Shown here: piece by piece, positions 46,011 through 54,643 of the stretch | Layout: every line of letters starts with the position of its first letter | Numbering within the stretch: position 1 is the stretch's first letter | Origin: Candidatus Micrarchaeia archaeon | Lineage (GTDB): Archaea > Micrarchaeota > Micrarchaeia > Norongarragalinales > UBA8480 | DNA length: 64,000 nt | Direction of reading: 5' to 3' | NCBI GenBank assembly: GCA_039794045.1 | Contig: JBAMLY010000001.1 | Coordinates: forward strand, 1,045 to 65,044 | The notes under the pieces: generated by a model | Told to the model about the DNA's origin: nothing | The model's input: only the letters and a program-made list of their open reading frames with translations | Database searches by the model: none | Translations under genes and position numbers: made by a program

Positions 46011-46023
46011 CAGAACCAGCTCG

Positions 46024-46350
46024 TCACATTCTAATTACTCCTTTTTGCTTGAGAATATCTGACTGAACTGAAGTATAACGGAAGACTATGTCGCACTTCT
46101 TGTCTCCTTCCACGCTCCAAGGCACTAGTAGCACGTAGTCTCCTTCCCTCACCCAAATCTTGTTCCTTATCTTGCCTGGAATGCGTGCTATTCTCTCCTT
46201 GCCGTCCTCGCATTGAACAACCATGCGACTGCCGCCGCTCAAGCTTACCACTATGCCCATCAACTCGCCTGGCCTGGGCATGCGGACTCTCACCTCGGAA
46301 GGCAAGGCATTGCCAGCCGTTTTCCTTCCCGCGCTTGCGTTGTAACTCAA
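46024..46350 (-). CDS. eif1a: Translation initiation factor aIF1A
   Basis: S1/OB fold GELMGIVVSLSGGSRMVVQCEDGKERIARIPGKIRNKIWVREGDYVLLVPW is near-identical to the eIF1A consensus. Confidence 0.9.
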   Translation of the reverse strand: MSYNASAGRKTAGNALPSEVRVRMPRPGELMGIVVSLSGGSRMVVQCEDGKERIARIPGKIRNKIWVREGDYVLLVPWSVEGDKKCDIVFRYTSVQSDILKQKGVIRM

Positions 46351-46372
46351 GAAACCACTTCCACTCGAAAGC

Positions 46373-46780
46373 CTACTTTCTTATTGGGTGCTTGGCGCCG
46401 CACGCCTCGCACACGAGCACGCGAATACCTGACTCCGGCATTACTTCAATGTGAGTGTCTGGCTTGCCGCACTCCCTGCAAATGACTGCCAAGCCACAGT
46501 AATCCTGTATTTTGTCGTTCACTTGCTTGAAGCTGAACTTGCCGTTCAAGACGAGACGACCGCCCTCGACCTCGCCGGGCACGGCGAGCTCGCGAAACAA
46601 GTACTTGCTGAGCTCTGCAGGAGAGCGCCTCAACTTCGCACAGACAGCTTCAAAGTTTTTCACGAAAGTCTTGTTTCCTTGAACCATGGTCTCGGCGACT
46701 GGGCACTCGAAGCGCTCGCCGGAATCTTTTTTCGTGACGCTGCGGTAAATGTTGTCTAACAGTTCTTCGTATCCAGGCAT
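46373..46780 (-). CDS. eif2b: Translation initiation factor aIF2 beta subunit
   Basis: 135 aa. C-terminal zinc ribbon CRECGKPDT...CEACG and the N-terminal helix typical of aIF2beta. Confidence 0.88.
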   Translation of the reverse strand: MPGYEELLDNIYRSVTKKDSGERFECPVAETMVQGNKTFVKNFEAVCAKLRRSPAELSKYLFRELAVPGEVEGGRLVLNGKFSFKQVNDKIQDYCGLAVICRECGKPDTHIEVMPESGIRVLVCEACGAKHPIRK

Positions 46781-46850
46781 TCAAACCATCCTTAATATGG
46801 AGAGAGAAAGCATAATAATAACTTGCCTGCGCCAAGCAAGCTCGCCAGCG

Positions 46851-47747
46851 CTAAAACAACGCGTAAGCCGCGAGCGCGGCAAGAGAACAGAAAACGAGGG
46901 GCGGAAGAGCAGGAAAATACCCTCTGCGTTTTTGAATCAAGGCAAGCAACAGCACTGCGCCAGCAACTACTCCCACCGCTGAAGCCACACCAGCTCCGCC
47001 CACCCACAAGCCGTCCACGAAAACGCCGAGTGAAGAGTCAGCGCCACAAGCAGAAGCAGTAACGAGGGCCGGAATCACGAAGTCGCCGGTTCCCACTTCT
47101 AAGCTCTCGCGCTCCGCGAAAACTTTTCCAGCGCGTTCTCCAGCCTCTTTTTGGGGGCGAGCGCGAGAAAGGCCAGGCAACGCGAAAGTCACGCTGAAAG
47201 AACCGCCTCGCTCAGCGAAACCTTTTGCAAGCACTACCATGTGCTTCGTGAAAAAAACGGCTACGACGTCGTAAAACGCGAGCAAAACCGCTAGAAGGAG
47301 GGCAGGAAGCAAGCCAAGGTTCGCGCCAAGCAAGCCACCCACCACTCCCGCCACTACAAGCAACAAAAAGTTTTTAGTGGCTGGCTTCCACAACCGCAGC
47401 CCGGCAACCAAAGCCGCCAAAGCCGTTGAAGCCGGCTCGCCAGCAAAAAAAGCGAACAAGACTTGAAAGGAAGCAAATAAGAGGAATAACTCGACCAGCA
47501 AGAAAAGCTTTATTCCCTTGTAGTACTTCAACAACAGCAGCATTGCAACGGCGCCGAACAACACGTAAGCGAATAAGAGGAACGCATTGGCTGGCTCGGC
47601 TGGGTTAGGGAACACTGGCTCGAGCGCGCCACTTTGAATCATTTGCGTGAACGCGGCGCCGTTGGCGAGCGCCAGCAACTGCACGAAGGCGAAGCCGAGC
47701 ACTACGAGGACGAAAACTGGTTTGAGCTTCATGCAGTACTCACGCAC
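46851..47747 (-). CDS. Presenilin/signal-peptide-peptidase-like intramembrane aspartyl protease (A22 family homolog)
   Basis: About 8 TM helices. YD in a TM helix (LLAFYDVVAVFF), GxGD (EVGTGDFVIP) and a C-terminal PAL motif (YFPALPPLVF), in the order required for A22 proteases. Confidence 0.55.
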   Translation of the reverse strand: MREYCMKLKPVFVLVVLGFAFVQLLALANGAAFTQMIQSGALEPVFPNPAEPANAFLLFAYVLFGAVAMLLLLKYYKGIKLFLLVELFLLFASFQVLFAFFAGEPASTALAALVAGLRLWKPATKNFLLLVVAGVVGGLLGANLGLLPALLLAVLLAFYDVVAVFFTKHMVVLAKGFAERGGSFSVTFALPGLSRARPQKEAGERAGKVFAERESLEVGTGDFVIPALVTASACGADSSLGVFVDGLWVGGAGVASAVGVVAGAVLLLALIQKRRGYFPALPPLVFCSLAALAAYALF

Positions 47748-47843
47748 GCAAAATATTAAATAAAGAAGGTAGCGGAAGAGAAAACGCTCAAACCCACCGA
47801 GTGCAACTGCTAAAAGGCAGGGCGCTAGTGCCTCTCCCGCAGA

Positions 47844-49937
47844 CTACCATTCCTTGTTGCGAGTGGCGCTCTTCACGTAGCCGGTCTTCGGCGAATAAAG
47901 TTCTCCGATGCGCTGGAGTTCGGAAACCATGCGGCGCGCGCTAGGCTCGTCTATGCCGAGGGAAGCTGCTTCCTTGACTACGTCGTCCACGCTCACTAAG
48001 TCAAACTTCTTTTCAAGCTGCGAGATGATGCCGAGTAGAGAGCGCTGCTTGTCTATTTTGCTCTTGGGTTGGCCGATGTTGATAATATCGGAGTCTATCC
48101 TGCCTGTTTCCTTGTCCATGAATACTTCGCGCAAAACGAATTTCTGTAAGGCTATCGCGCGCTCGGCGTCAATAACTTGCACTGTATTGCTTAAACGCAT
48201 TTTCGCGCTTGCTTCTGCGAGGCGAATTATGCCTTCAATGTAGCGCGCCGTGATTGGGAAGTTGTTTTGCTGGCGGCCCATGCGCCGCATTTCAATGTAA
48301 AAGTCTTTTATTTTGTCGGCGGCTTCAGGGGAAAGGACCGGGAAAACGTTTTTGCGGGCGTAAGCAACGTATTTGCGGAGGAGCTCCAAGTCTATTACTG
48401 GCGTTACTGGGCTGTCGGATTCTGGTTTCTGCTTTGAAGCGGCGAGCCTGTGGCCCACTATAATGTGTTCCGCAATTTTCTTGTCCTGCGTTTCGTCCAG
48501 CGCGTCGCGAATGGGGAAAATCAAGTCAAAACGCGAGAGCAGGGTAGGCGAAATGTTGAACTGTTGGGCTGGTAAGGCGTTGGGGTCGAACCTCCCCATT
48601 TTGGGGTTGGCGGCTGCGAGGACGGCGGTCTGCGAATTGAACTGAGTAATTATTCCTGCTTTCGCGATACTTATTACTTGTTGTTCCATTGCTTGGTGCA
48701 TTGCGCTCCTGTCTTCCTCGTCCATTTTGTCGAGTTCGTCGACGTTTACTTGCCCTCCGCTCGCGAGAACCATTGCACCAGCTTTGAGTATCCAGCCGCC
48801 TCCCACTTCGTCTTTCTCTGCCGCGGCAGTCAGGCCGACAGAGGAAGTGCTTTTGCCGCTGACGTAAATGCATTTTGGAGCCAAGCGCGAAACATAGGAC
48901 AGCAACGAACTCTTGGCTGTGCCTGGGTCGCCGATGAGGAGAACGTGAATGTCGCTTCTCACGCGCTGGCCGTCTGGAAGAAACTTGTTTGGAGTGCCGC
49001 CGAACAACTGGAGAGCAATGGCTTCCTTCATTTCGTTGTAGCCCCAAATGCTTGGCGCAATGCTTTTCACTATTTTTTCGTAGAGGAGGGGGTCTTTGGA
49101 TAAAGCAATTATTGCTGCCTCTTCTTCAGCGGAAATCTTGAGAGCTTCAAAATCTTGTTCTTTCTTTTGCAAGTGTATTACGTCAAAGCACTTGGCGTAA
49201 ACGCTTGACCTCGTCTTTCCGTCTCGCACTGGCTTCAAGCGAAGGATTCCAGTCAGCGTCACCTTGTCGCCTGGGTTGACTAAGTTAACTATGTCGTCTT
49301 CCATCCAGACTTCAACGTGAGAGGTTGGCGCGTTGCCCCTCAAGTTTTCAACCAAATCTTGCAACTGGGCGCGTTGCACGTTAACGAACTCGCTCTCCGA
49401 CTCCAGCAACCTGAAATCCTGGCGCCCACAGTCCTTGGCGGAGCAAGCGCGCGGTGGCTTCAACGCGTACTTGTCTGTCTCCAACTTCATGACGTTGTCG
49501 CAGTGGAGACACTGCCACGCGGCTTTCTTCATGCGCGGGTTTATTCCAGTCACCCACGAGAAAACGCCGTCCACGCGAATTAGTTTGTCCAAATGCTCGC
49601 TGCCGAGCGACTGCACTTGCGCTTGCAGTGCTTCAGGCAAGTTGTACACGCGCACGTGGGGAACGAATTTCTTGACTGAAGGCAAAGCGACTGGCACATT
49701 CATTTTGGCTATGGCATCTTCAGCTGCCTGCAGGTAAGCATCGCTTTCTTCCAGCAAGCCTTCGGCGAGCGACAAATTGTATTTCTCTATTTCAGCGAAG
49801 TCAACTTCAAGACTGCGTTTTTCAGGGAAGACTGCGGCGAGCTCGGCTATCTGCTTCTGCATCTTGGCTGAAAAGAATTCCTCGAAGGAGGCTATGGCGT
49901 CAATTGGTTCCTCGCTTTGTTCGCTCAAGTTTTTCAC
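47844..49937 (-). CDS. mcm: MCM replicative helicase
   Basis: Walker A IHVLLIGDPGTAKS, Walker B VDELDKMD, arginine finger SRFDLIF, N-terminal zinc finger CLHC...C...CSAKDC and a C-terminal winged helix. 697 aa. Confidence 0.95.
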   Translation of the reverse strand: MKNLSEQSEEPIDAIASFEEFFSAKMQKQIAELAAVFPEKRSLEVDFAEIEKYNLSLAEGLLEESDAYLQAAEDAIAKMNVPVALPSVKKFVPHVRVYNLPEALQAQVQSLGSEHLDKLIRVDGVFSWVTGINPRMKKAAWQCLHCDNVMKLETDKYALKPPRACSAKDCGRQDFRLLESESEFVNVQRAQLQDLVENLRGNAPTSHVEVWMEDDIVNLVNPGDKVTLTGILRLKPVRDGKTRSSVYAKCFDVIHLQKKEQDFEALKISAEEEAAIIALSKDPLLYEKIVKSIAPSIWGYNEMKEAIALQLFGGTPNKFLPDGQRVRSDIHVLLIGDPGTAKSSLLSYVSRLAPKCIYVSGKSTSSVGLTAAAEKDEVGGGWILKAGAMVLASGGQVNVDELDKMDEEDRSAMHQAMEQQVISIAKAGIITQFNSQTAVLAAANPKMGRFDPNALPAQQFNISPTLLSRFDLIFPIRDALDETQDKKIAEHIIVGHRLAASKQKPESDSPVTPVIDLELLRKYVAYARKNVFPVLSPEAADKIKDFYIEMRRMGRQQNNFPITARYIEGIIRLAEASAKMRLSNTVQVIDAERAIALQKFVLREVFMDKETGRIDSDIINIGQPKSKIDKQRSLLGIISQLEKKFDLVSVDDVVKEAASLGIDEPSARRMVSELQRIGELYSPKTGYVKSATRNKEW

Positions 49938-50084
49938 CGGCGAAATAGCTCTTGAATTGAAACAAATTTAAAGGCGCAAGCCACCAGTTTTCCACTGCGT
50001 GCCACAACTGGTTTGGTTGCCGCGCTTCCAACAACTTATTAATAACTTTTATTTAACTGATTTGGAGAATAGTGGAATACAGGG

Positions 50085-50318
50085 GTGTTTCTCGTGGCTT
50101 TGAATAAGGAAGCGTCTGAAGCCTTCGAGGTGCTGGACGCTAAAATGGATGGCTTGAAAGAGCAACTGCAGAAGTTCGAGGCATTCGAGCAACACGTTGA
50201 CAGAGCGATTGCCAACAGGTTGTACGACTTACGAGTAGTAGCTTACTTGACGTTATTGCTCGTAGTAATAATGTTTTTCTTTCTTGTAGGCTTCGTGTTA
50301 AAGCAAGTGGGCTTGTAA
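50085..50318 (+). CDS. Small coiled-coil protein with C-terminal TM helix
   Basis: 77 aa. GTG start. Confidence 0.3.
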   Translation: MFLVALNKEASEAFEVLDAKMDGLKEQLQKFEAFEQHVDRAIANRLYDLRVVAYLTLLLVVIMFFFLVGFVLKQVGL

Positions 50319-50344
50319 ACAAAGCGCTGCAAAAAAAAGAGTTT

Positions 50345-50746
50345 TTACTCGCTTGAAACGCGGGCCCAGATTTTCTTTCCCATGGCTTCAATGTACTCTA
50401 CTTCTTTTCCTGCTTCCACTTGTGCTTGAAACTCGGCAGGTATTTCTAGCTCGAATGTTTCAAAAGTCTGCGAGTCCATGAGTTGCGCGGTGCTGCCGCT
50501 TACACTCACTACTTGCGCGCGCTTTCTCTCCACCACGGGCACTTCAACGTCAGCGTCAGAGGGAGCCATGAGGGTGTGCTTGCTGCCGTCCACGATGCTT
50601 ATTGCGACGACGTTTATCTTGCCTGCGCCGTGCTTGCCTGTCTTGCTGTGGCTTATGCTCATCACGCGACAGGGGTGTTCGTCTATTATTACGTAGCGCC
50701 CTTCGCGTAAGTCGTTCATCGTTGCAAACATTCTGTCAACAGCCAT
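50345..50746 (-). CDS. eif5a: Translation initiation factor aIF5A
   Basis: Hypusine-site motif SKTGKHGAGK (STSKTGKHGHAK consensus), an N-terminal SH3-like and a C-terminal OB domain. 133 aa. Confidence 0.85.
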   Translation of the reverse strand: MAVDRMFATMNDLREGRYVIIDEHPCRVMSISHSKTGKHGAGKINVVAISIVDGSKHTLMAPSDADVEVPVVERKRAQVVSVSGSTAQLMDSQTFETFELEIPAEFQAQVEAGKEVEYIEAMGKKIWARVSSE

Positions 50747-50868
50747 TCCACTAACGCCCTCCCAAATTTAACGCAAAAACTCATTTAGTAGGCAAAAAAC
50801 ACATTTAAACCCTTTGCACGACACGATAATTAGCGGCGTTAAAGCCAGCTTGCAAGCAAGGGAGCCGC

Positions 50869-51327
50869 ATGAAAAAAAACGCGACGCAAAAAGAAAGAGT
50901 TTTAAGGAAAGGCGTTGCCGCCGTAGTGTTCAAGGGCACTGGAAGCCGCAAGCGCTTTCTCTTGCTGCACCGGACTCTTAATTGGAGGGGGTGGGAGTTT
51001 CCGAAGGGCGGCATTGAGGGTAGGGAAAGCGCGGCTCGCGCCCTGAAGAGAGAACTCGCAGAAGAAACAGGGATTCAAGCGCGGGACGTGGAATACGTTA
51101 AGCCAACGAGGTTGCGGCTCGAATTCGAAAGCAAGGAAAACGAATCACGCAAGAAAAAGTTTTACTCCAACAAGGTTTTCTTAGTTAAAGTAAGGCCGCG
51201 AGCGAGAGTAAGGCTCGGCCGTTTTCCAGTCAAGGAACACGATTCTTTTAAGTGGGCACCCAAAAAAACGGCTTTGAAGCTCTTGTCTTTTGAGAGCTTG
51301 CAGCGCGTGCTAGAGGAAATAAAATGA
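50869..51327 (+). CDS. NUDIX hydrolase
   Basis: Nudix box GGIEGRESAARALKRELAEETGI (GX5EX7REUXEEXGU). Confidence 0.8.
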   Translation: MKKNATQKERVLRKGVAAVVFKGTGSRKRFLLLHRTLNWRGWEFPKGGIEGRESAARALKRELAEETGIQARDVEYVKPTRLRLEFESKENESRKKKFYSNKVFLVKVRPRARVRLGRFPVKEHDSFKWAPKKTALKLLSFESLQRVLEEIK

Positions 51328-52076
51328 GTTCGTTTGTCGACGCGCACTGCCACTTGACGCACGAGCTTTTCGCGGCTGACTTGCCGGAAGTGCTTGAAAG
51401 AGCGAGAAAAGCCGGAGTGGAAAAAGTTTACTGCGTTTCCGGAATGGCGGGACACGACGAGAGAGTGCTCGACCTTGCCGCGCGACATCCTGGCTTCGTA
51501 TTCCCAGTTTTAGGCGTTAGCCCTCACGACGCGCCAAAGACTAGCGACGAGCAACTGAAGGCCGAGCTGGCGCGCGTTGAAGAAAACAAGGAACAAATCG
51601 CTGCAGTTGGCGAGATCGGCTTCGAATTTCACTACTTCAAGGGAGAAGCTGAGCGTGAAGCGCAACGCAAAATTTTTCGCGCGCAACTCGAGCTGGCTGA
51701 GCAGCTGGGCAAGGCCGTCGTGGTTCACTCGAGGAAAGCAACCAAGGAAACCCTTGACGAGCTGGCTGGATTCAACGGCAAGGTGATGCTGCACTGCTGC
51801 AACGACGCCTTGCTCGCAAGAGAGGGAGCGCAGCGCGGCTACTTGGTTTCAGTGTCAACGCTTAAAAGCCGCGAAAGACAGAAGATTATCGCTGAAACTC
51901 CGCTGGAAAGCCTTTGCTGCGAGACTGACTCACCTTTTCTCTCGCCGGAGAAGGGAAAGAGAAACGAGCCCGCGAACGTGGTTGCTGCTTACGAGGCGGT
52001 CGCCGTAGTCAAAGGAATTAGTTTAAGCGAGTGCGCCGAAAAAATTTACTTGAACTTGAAGCGTTTTTTCCGGTGA
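51324..52076 (+). CDS. tatD: TatD-family metal-dependent deoxyribonuclease
   Basis: N-terminal VDAHCHL His pair, a later HSR..., and the CCETDSP(F) motif. 250 aa. 4-nt overlap with the Nudix gene. Confidence 0.85.
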   Translation: MSSFVDAHCHLTHELFAADLPEVLERARKAGVEKVYCVSGMAGHDERVLDLAARHPGFVFPVLGVSPHDAPKTSDEQLKAELARVEENKEQIAAVGEIGFEFHYFKGEAEREAQRKIFRAQLELAEQLGKAVVVHSRKATKETLDELAGFNGKVMLHCCNDALLAREGAQRGYLVSVSTLKSRERQKIIAETPLESLCCETDSPFLSPEKGKRNEPANVVAAYEAVAVVKGISLSECAEKIYLNLKRFFR

Positions 52077-52105
52077 TTGGCTTGGTTTTGCGTGGCTTGA
52101 AGGAA

Positions 52106-52537
52106 ATGCTTGGCAAGAAAGCCGTTGACAAGAACATGGCAGTGTTCGTGGACGGCCCAAACATTCTCCGCAAAGAACTCGGCACAGACTTGGACAAAAT
52201 AAAAAAGAAGCTCTCCAAATTCGGTAAAATCAAGGTAGCAAAAGTTTTCTTGGACCAGTTCGCTTCAGACAAGCTCATCGAAGCAGTCACCAACCAAGGA
52301 TTCGAGGCAGTAATTGTTCCCAGTGACGTTGACGTAGCGCTTGCTGTAGACGCAACAGAATACGTTTTCAACCCGCACATAGACATAATCGTGGTGGTGT
52401 CGCGCGACAGCGACTTCAAGCCTCTCATAACTAAAGCGAAGGCGCACGGAAAAGAAACTGTTGTGGCAGGGTGCGAACCCGACTTCAGCACTGCCCTTCG
52501 CAACAGCGCAGACCACACCGTCGACATAAGAGAGTGA
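52106..52537 (+). CDS. NYN-domain (LabA/DUF88-like) putative RNase
   Basis: MAVFVDGPNI, DVDVALAVDA and IIVVVSRDSDFKPL match NYN catalytic-Asp motifs. Start taken at ATG 52106 after the TatD stop. Confidence 0.62.
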   Translation: MLGKKAVDKNMAVFVDGPNILRKELGTDLDKIKKKLSKFGKIKVAKVFLDQFASDKLIEAVTNQGFEAVIVPSDVDVALAVDATEYVFNPHIDIIVVVSRDSDFKPLITKAKAHGKETVVAGCEPDFSTALRNSADHTVDIRE

Positions 52538-52541
52538 GAGC

Positions 52542-52772
52542 TTGCCAGCCAGGAAAGACTTCGACGCAAGAATTGCGCTCGCCCGCAAGGCAGTGCTTGA
52601 AGAAAAAGAATTCGGTGGCGCGAAAGCGCTTGACACTCGCCAGCAAAAGCAGAAGCCGTTGAAGAAGCTTGACTTGGGAGACCGTCAGGCAATGAAGGAA
52701 ATCATTAGGGCAGCGCGCCTTCAAGCAATAGAACGCCTCAAAAAACAATCTGGCCACCGACTCACTCGGTGA
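52542..52772 (+). CDS. Small basic hypothetical protein
   Basis: 76-aa ORF 4 nt downstream of the NYN gene. No motif. Confidence 0.25.
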   Translation: MPARKDFDARIALARKAVLEEKEFGGAKALDTRQQKQKPLKKLDLGDRQAMKEIIRAARLQAIERLKKQSGHRLTR

Positions 52773-52835
52773 AAAGGAATAGGCAGTGGAAGCAAGTATT
52801 TTTAAGTCCTATTCGGTATTCTTTCTTGTTTTGCG

Positions 52836-53390
52836 GTGAAAAATTTGAACTTTCCTTACGGCAACCCAGTAAAAACAGGCATAGATGCTGCCAGCGTGGA
52901 CTTCCTCGCGCTACTCCGCGAACTTCAAGCCAAGATGTTTAACGGCTACTTGTGCATTACCGTGAAGGGAGTGGGAGGACTAGAGGAAGGCGTAATGGTA
53001 TTCGACAACGGCAAAATCGTTGCAAGCGTTTACGAGTACTTCAAGTACAACAAAACCATTCTCGGAGACCAAGCATTCTTCAGAGTGCTTAACGCGAGCG
53101 CAGCCAAGCACGGCGTCATAGATTTGTACCAGTTAAGCAACGAGCAAGTGCAGTTGATTCTCGCCTTCAACGAGCAAGCAATTTCTATTCCCACCGAAAA
53201 AGACTTCAAGTCAGTGAAGCTGGACCGATTCAATCCAGCTTTCGAAGAGCAAGTTAGAGAGCAAGCCAAAGCCGAAACCGAGGCAGAACTCTTGAAGAAA
53301 TACAAGCTCGGCGAAGTAAGGGAAGAAAAGAAAGAGTCAAGCGAAGAAATTCCTTTGGGGGAACTCGAATCCCTCGTTGAAAAAAGATGA
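52836..53390 (+). CDS. DUF4388-like domain protein (N-terminal 100 aa) with acidic coiled-coil tail, tentative
   Basis: LALLRELQAKMFNGYLCITVKGVGGLEEGVMVFDNGKIVASVY...GDQAFFRVL follows the DUF4388 pattern (L.DLLQ.L....TG.L.V....G.IYF.NG.IV.A....G.EAL). Ends 5 nt before the MinD-like gene. Confidence 0.35.
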   Translation: MKNLNFPYGNPVKTGIDAASVDFLALLRELQAKMFNGYLCITVKGVGGLEEGVMVFDNGKIVASVYEYFKYNKTILGDQAFFRVLNASAAKHGVIDLYQLSNEQVQLILAFNEQAISIPTEKDFKSVKLDRFNPAFEEQVREQAKAETEAELLKKYKLGEVREEKKESSEEIPLGELESLVEKR

Positions 53391-53395
53391 CTTAA

Positions 53396-54190
53396 ATGAC
53401 TTCAATAGTAGTGTCTTCAGGAAAAGGCGGCGTCGGAAAAACTAGTCTCGCAGTCAACTTAGGAATAGTGCTCGCGCAGGCAGGCAAGAAAACCGTCGTC
53501 GTTGACGCAGACATAGCAATGGCGAGCGTAGGCATAATGCTTGGAATAGAGCGCGCCCCAATCTCGTTGCACAACGTGTTAATGGGCGAAGTCGAAGTCA
53601 AGGACGCGGTTTACGAGGGACCAAAAGGGTTGAAGTACGTGCCTTCAAGTTTGTCTTTGGAGCGCCTCAAGAAAGTAGAGTACGAGAAGCTGAGGACAGC
53701 AATAGCAGAACTCGAAACAGAAAACGATTTCGTCATAATCGACAGCCCTCCTGGACTATCGCAAGACGCTCTCGCCGCAATTCGCTCGGCAAAAGAAATG
53801 ATTATGGTCGTAACTCCGGAACCCGCTTCGCTTGCCGACGCCCTCAAAATAAAGAGCGTAGCGGAAAGAAACAACGTGAAAATAATTGGGCTCGTAATGA
53901 ATTTCGTTACTCACGACAAGAGCGAGATTAAAAGGCAAGATCTTGAAACGCTTCTCGGCTTGAGGGTAATCGCGGAAATACCTGAGGACTTGGAAGCACG
54001 CAGGAGCGCCGCGCTGCAGCAACCAGTAGTACTGCGAGCCCCGGAATCGGATTTCGCGCACGGCGTGCTAGACGTGGCAGGTGCCCTTCACGGCGTGGAA
54101 CTCAAAGTGGAAGCCAAGCCAAAAAAGAAAAGCGTTTTCTCTGGCATTGCCGCCGCCTTGGCTTCGTTATTCAAGAAAAAAAAAGAGTAG
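53396..54190 (+). CDS. minD: MinD/ParA-family P-loop ATPase (archaeal MinD-like)
   Basis: Deviant Walker A SSGKGGVGKTS, Walker B FVIIDSPPG, and a C-terminal Lys-rich tail. Confidence 0.85.
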   Translation: MTSIVVSSGKGGVGKTSLAVNLGIVLAQAGKKTVVVDADIAMASVGIMLGIERAPISLHNVLMGEVEVKDAVYEGPKGLKYVPSSLSLERLKKVEYEKLRTAIAELETENDFVIIDSPPGLSQDALAAIRSAKEMIMVVTPEPASLADALKIKSVAERNNVKIIGLVMNFVTHDKSEIKRQDLETLLGLRVIAEIPEDLEARRSAALQQPVVLRAPESDFAHGVLDVAGALHGVELKVEAKPKKKSVFSGIAAALASLFKKKKE

Positions 54191-54227
54191 TGCTTGAAAA
54201 TTTTGTTTTAAATCCTTTTTTTGTGAG

Positions 54228-54461
54228 GTGCGAAAGATGACTGAAAAAAGACCGTTCGACGTCTTGAACAACGCGCTTGAGAAAAGCGTGCTAATAAAAC
54301 TCAAGGGAGACGTGGAAATACAAGGAACGCTGGCAAGCTTTGACGTGCACATGAACCTCGTCTTAGAAAACGCGCAGGAAATGAAAGGCGGAGAACTCAA
54401 GCGCAAGCTTGGCACCGTCTTGTTGCGCGGCGACACAGTCGTCTTCGTTTCGCCGGCTTGA
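54228..54461 (+). CDS. Sm-like archaeal protein (SmAP/LSm)
   Basis: PFDVLNNALEKSVLIKLKGDVEIQGTLASFDVHMNLVLENAQE...LGTVLLRGDTVVFVS contains the Sm1 and Sm2 motifs. Confidence 0.8.
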   Translation: MRKMTEKRPFDVLNNALEKSVLIKLKGDVEIQGTLASFDVHMNLVLENAQEMKGGELKRKLGTVLLRGDTVVFVSPA

Positions 54462-54514
54462 GCGCAATCCATTTTAAGCATTCGCGGCAGAATAGATTAG
54501 CAATAGCTTCACGT

Positions 54515-54607
54515 GGGCCTGTAGATCAACGGTTCGCTCTCGAGAGCGCGTTAAAGATCGCATGCATGGCATGCATGAGGTTGTGGGTTCGAATCCCGCC
54601 AGGTCCA
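54515..54607 (+). tRNA. tRNA-Ala (anticodon GGC) with an 18-nt insertion in the D-loop (putative non-canonical intron)
   Basis: Acceptor GGGCCTG/CAGGTCC (one G-T pair), D-stem GATC...GATC enclosing a 28-nt loop, anticodon stem CATGC/GCATG with loop ATGGCAT (GGC), variable AGGTT, T-arm GTGGG-TTCGAAT-CCCGC, discriminator A. The excess D-loop sequence contains a perfect hairpin CGCTCTC/GAGAGCG. Confidence 0.55.
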
Positions 54608-54643
54608 CTCCCTTTTTCTACTTTGCCGTCAAAACAATTATTT

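Noticed and set aside
54458-54643. Long N-terminal extension of the HIT ORF in the six-frame track (start at 54458)
   Set aside because: The extension runs through the tRNA-Ala gene. The HIT domain begins at the Met at 54644, which is the plausible start.
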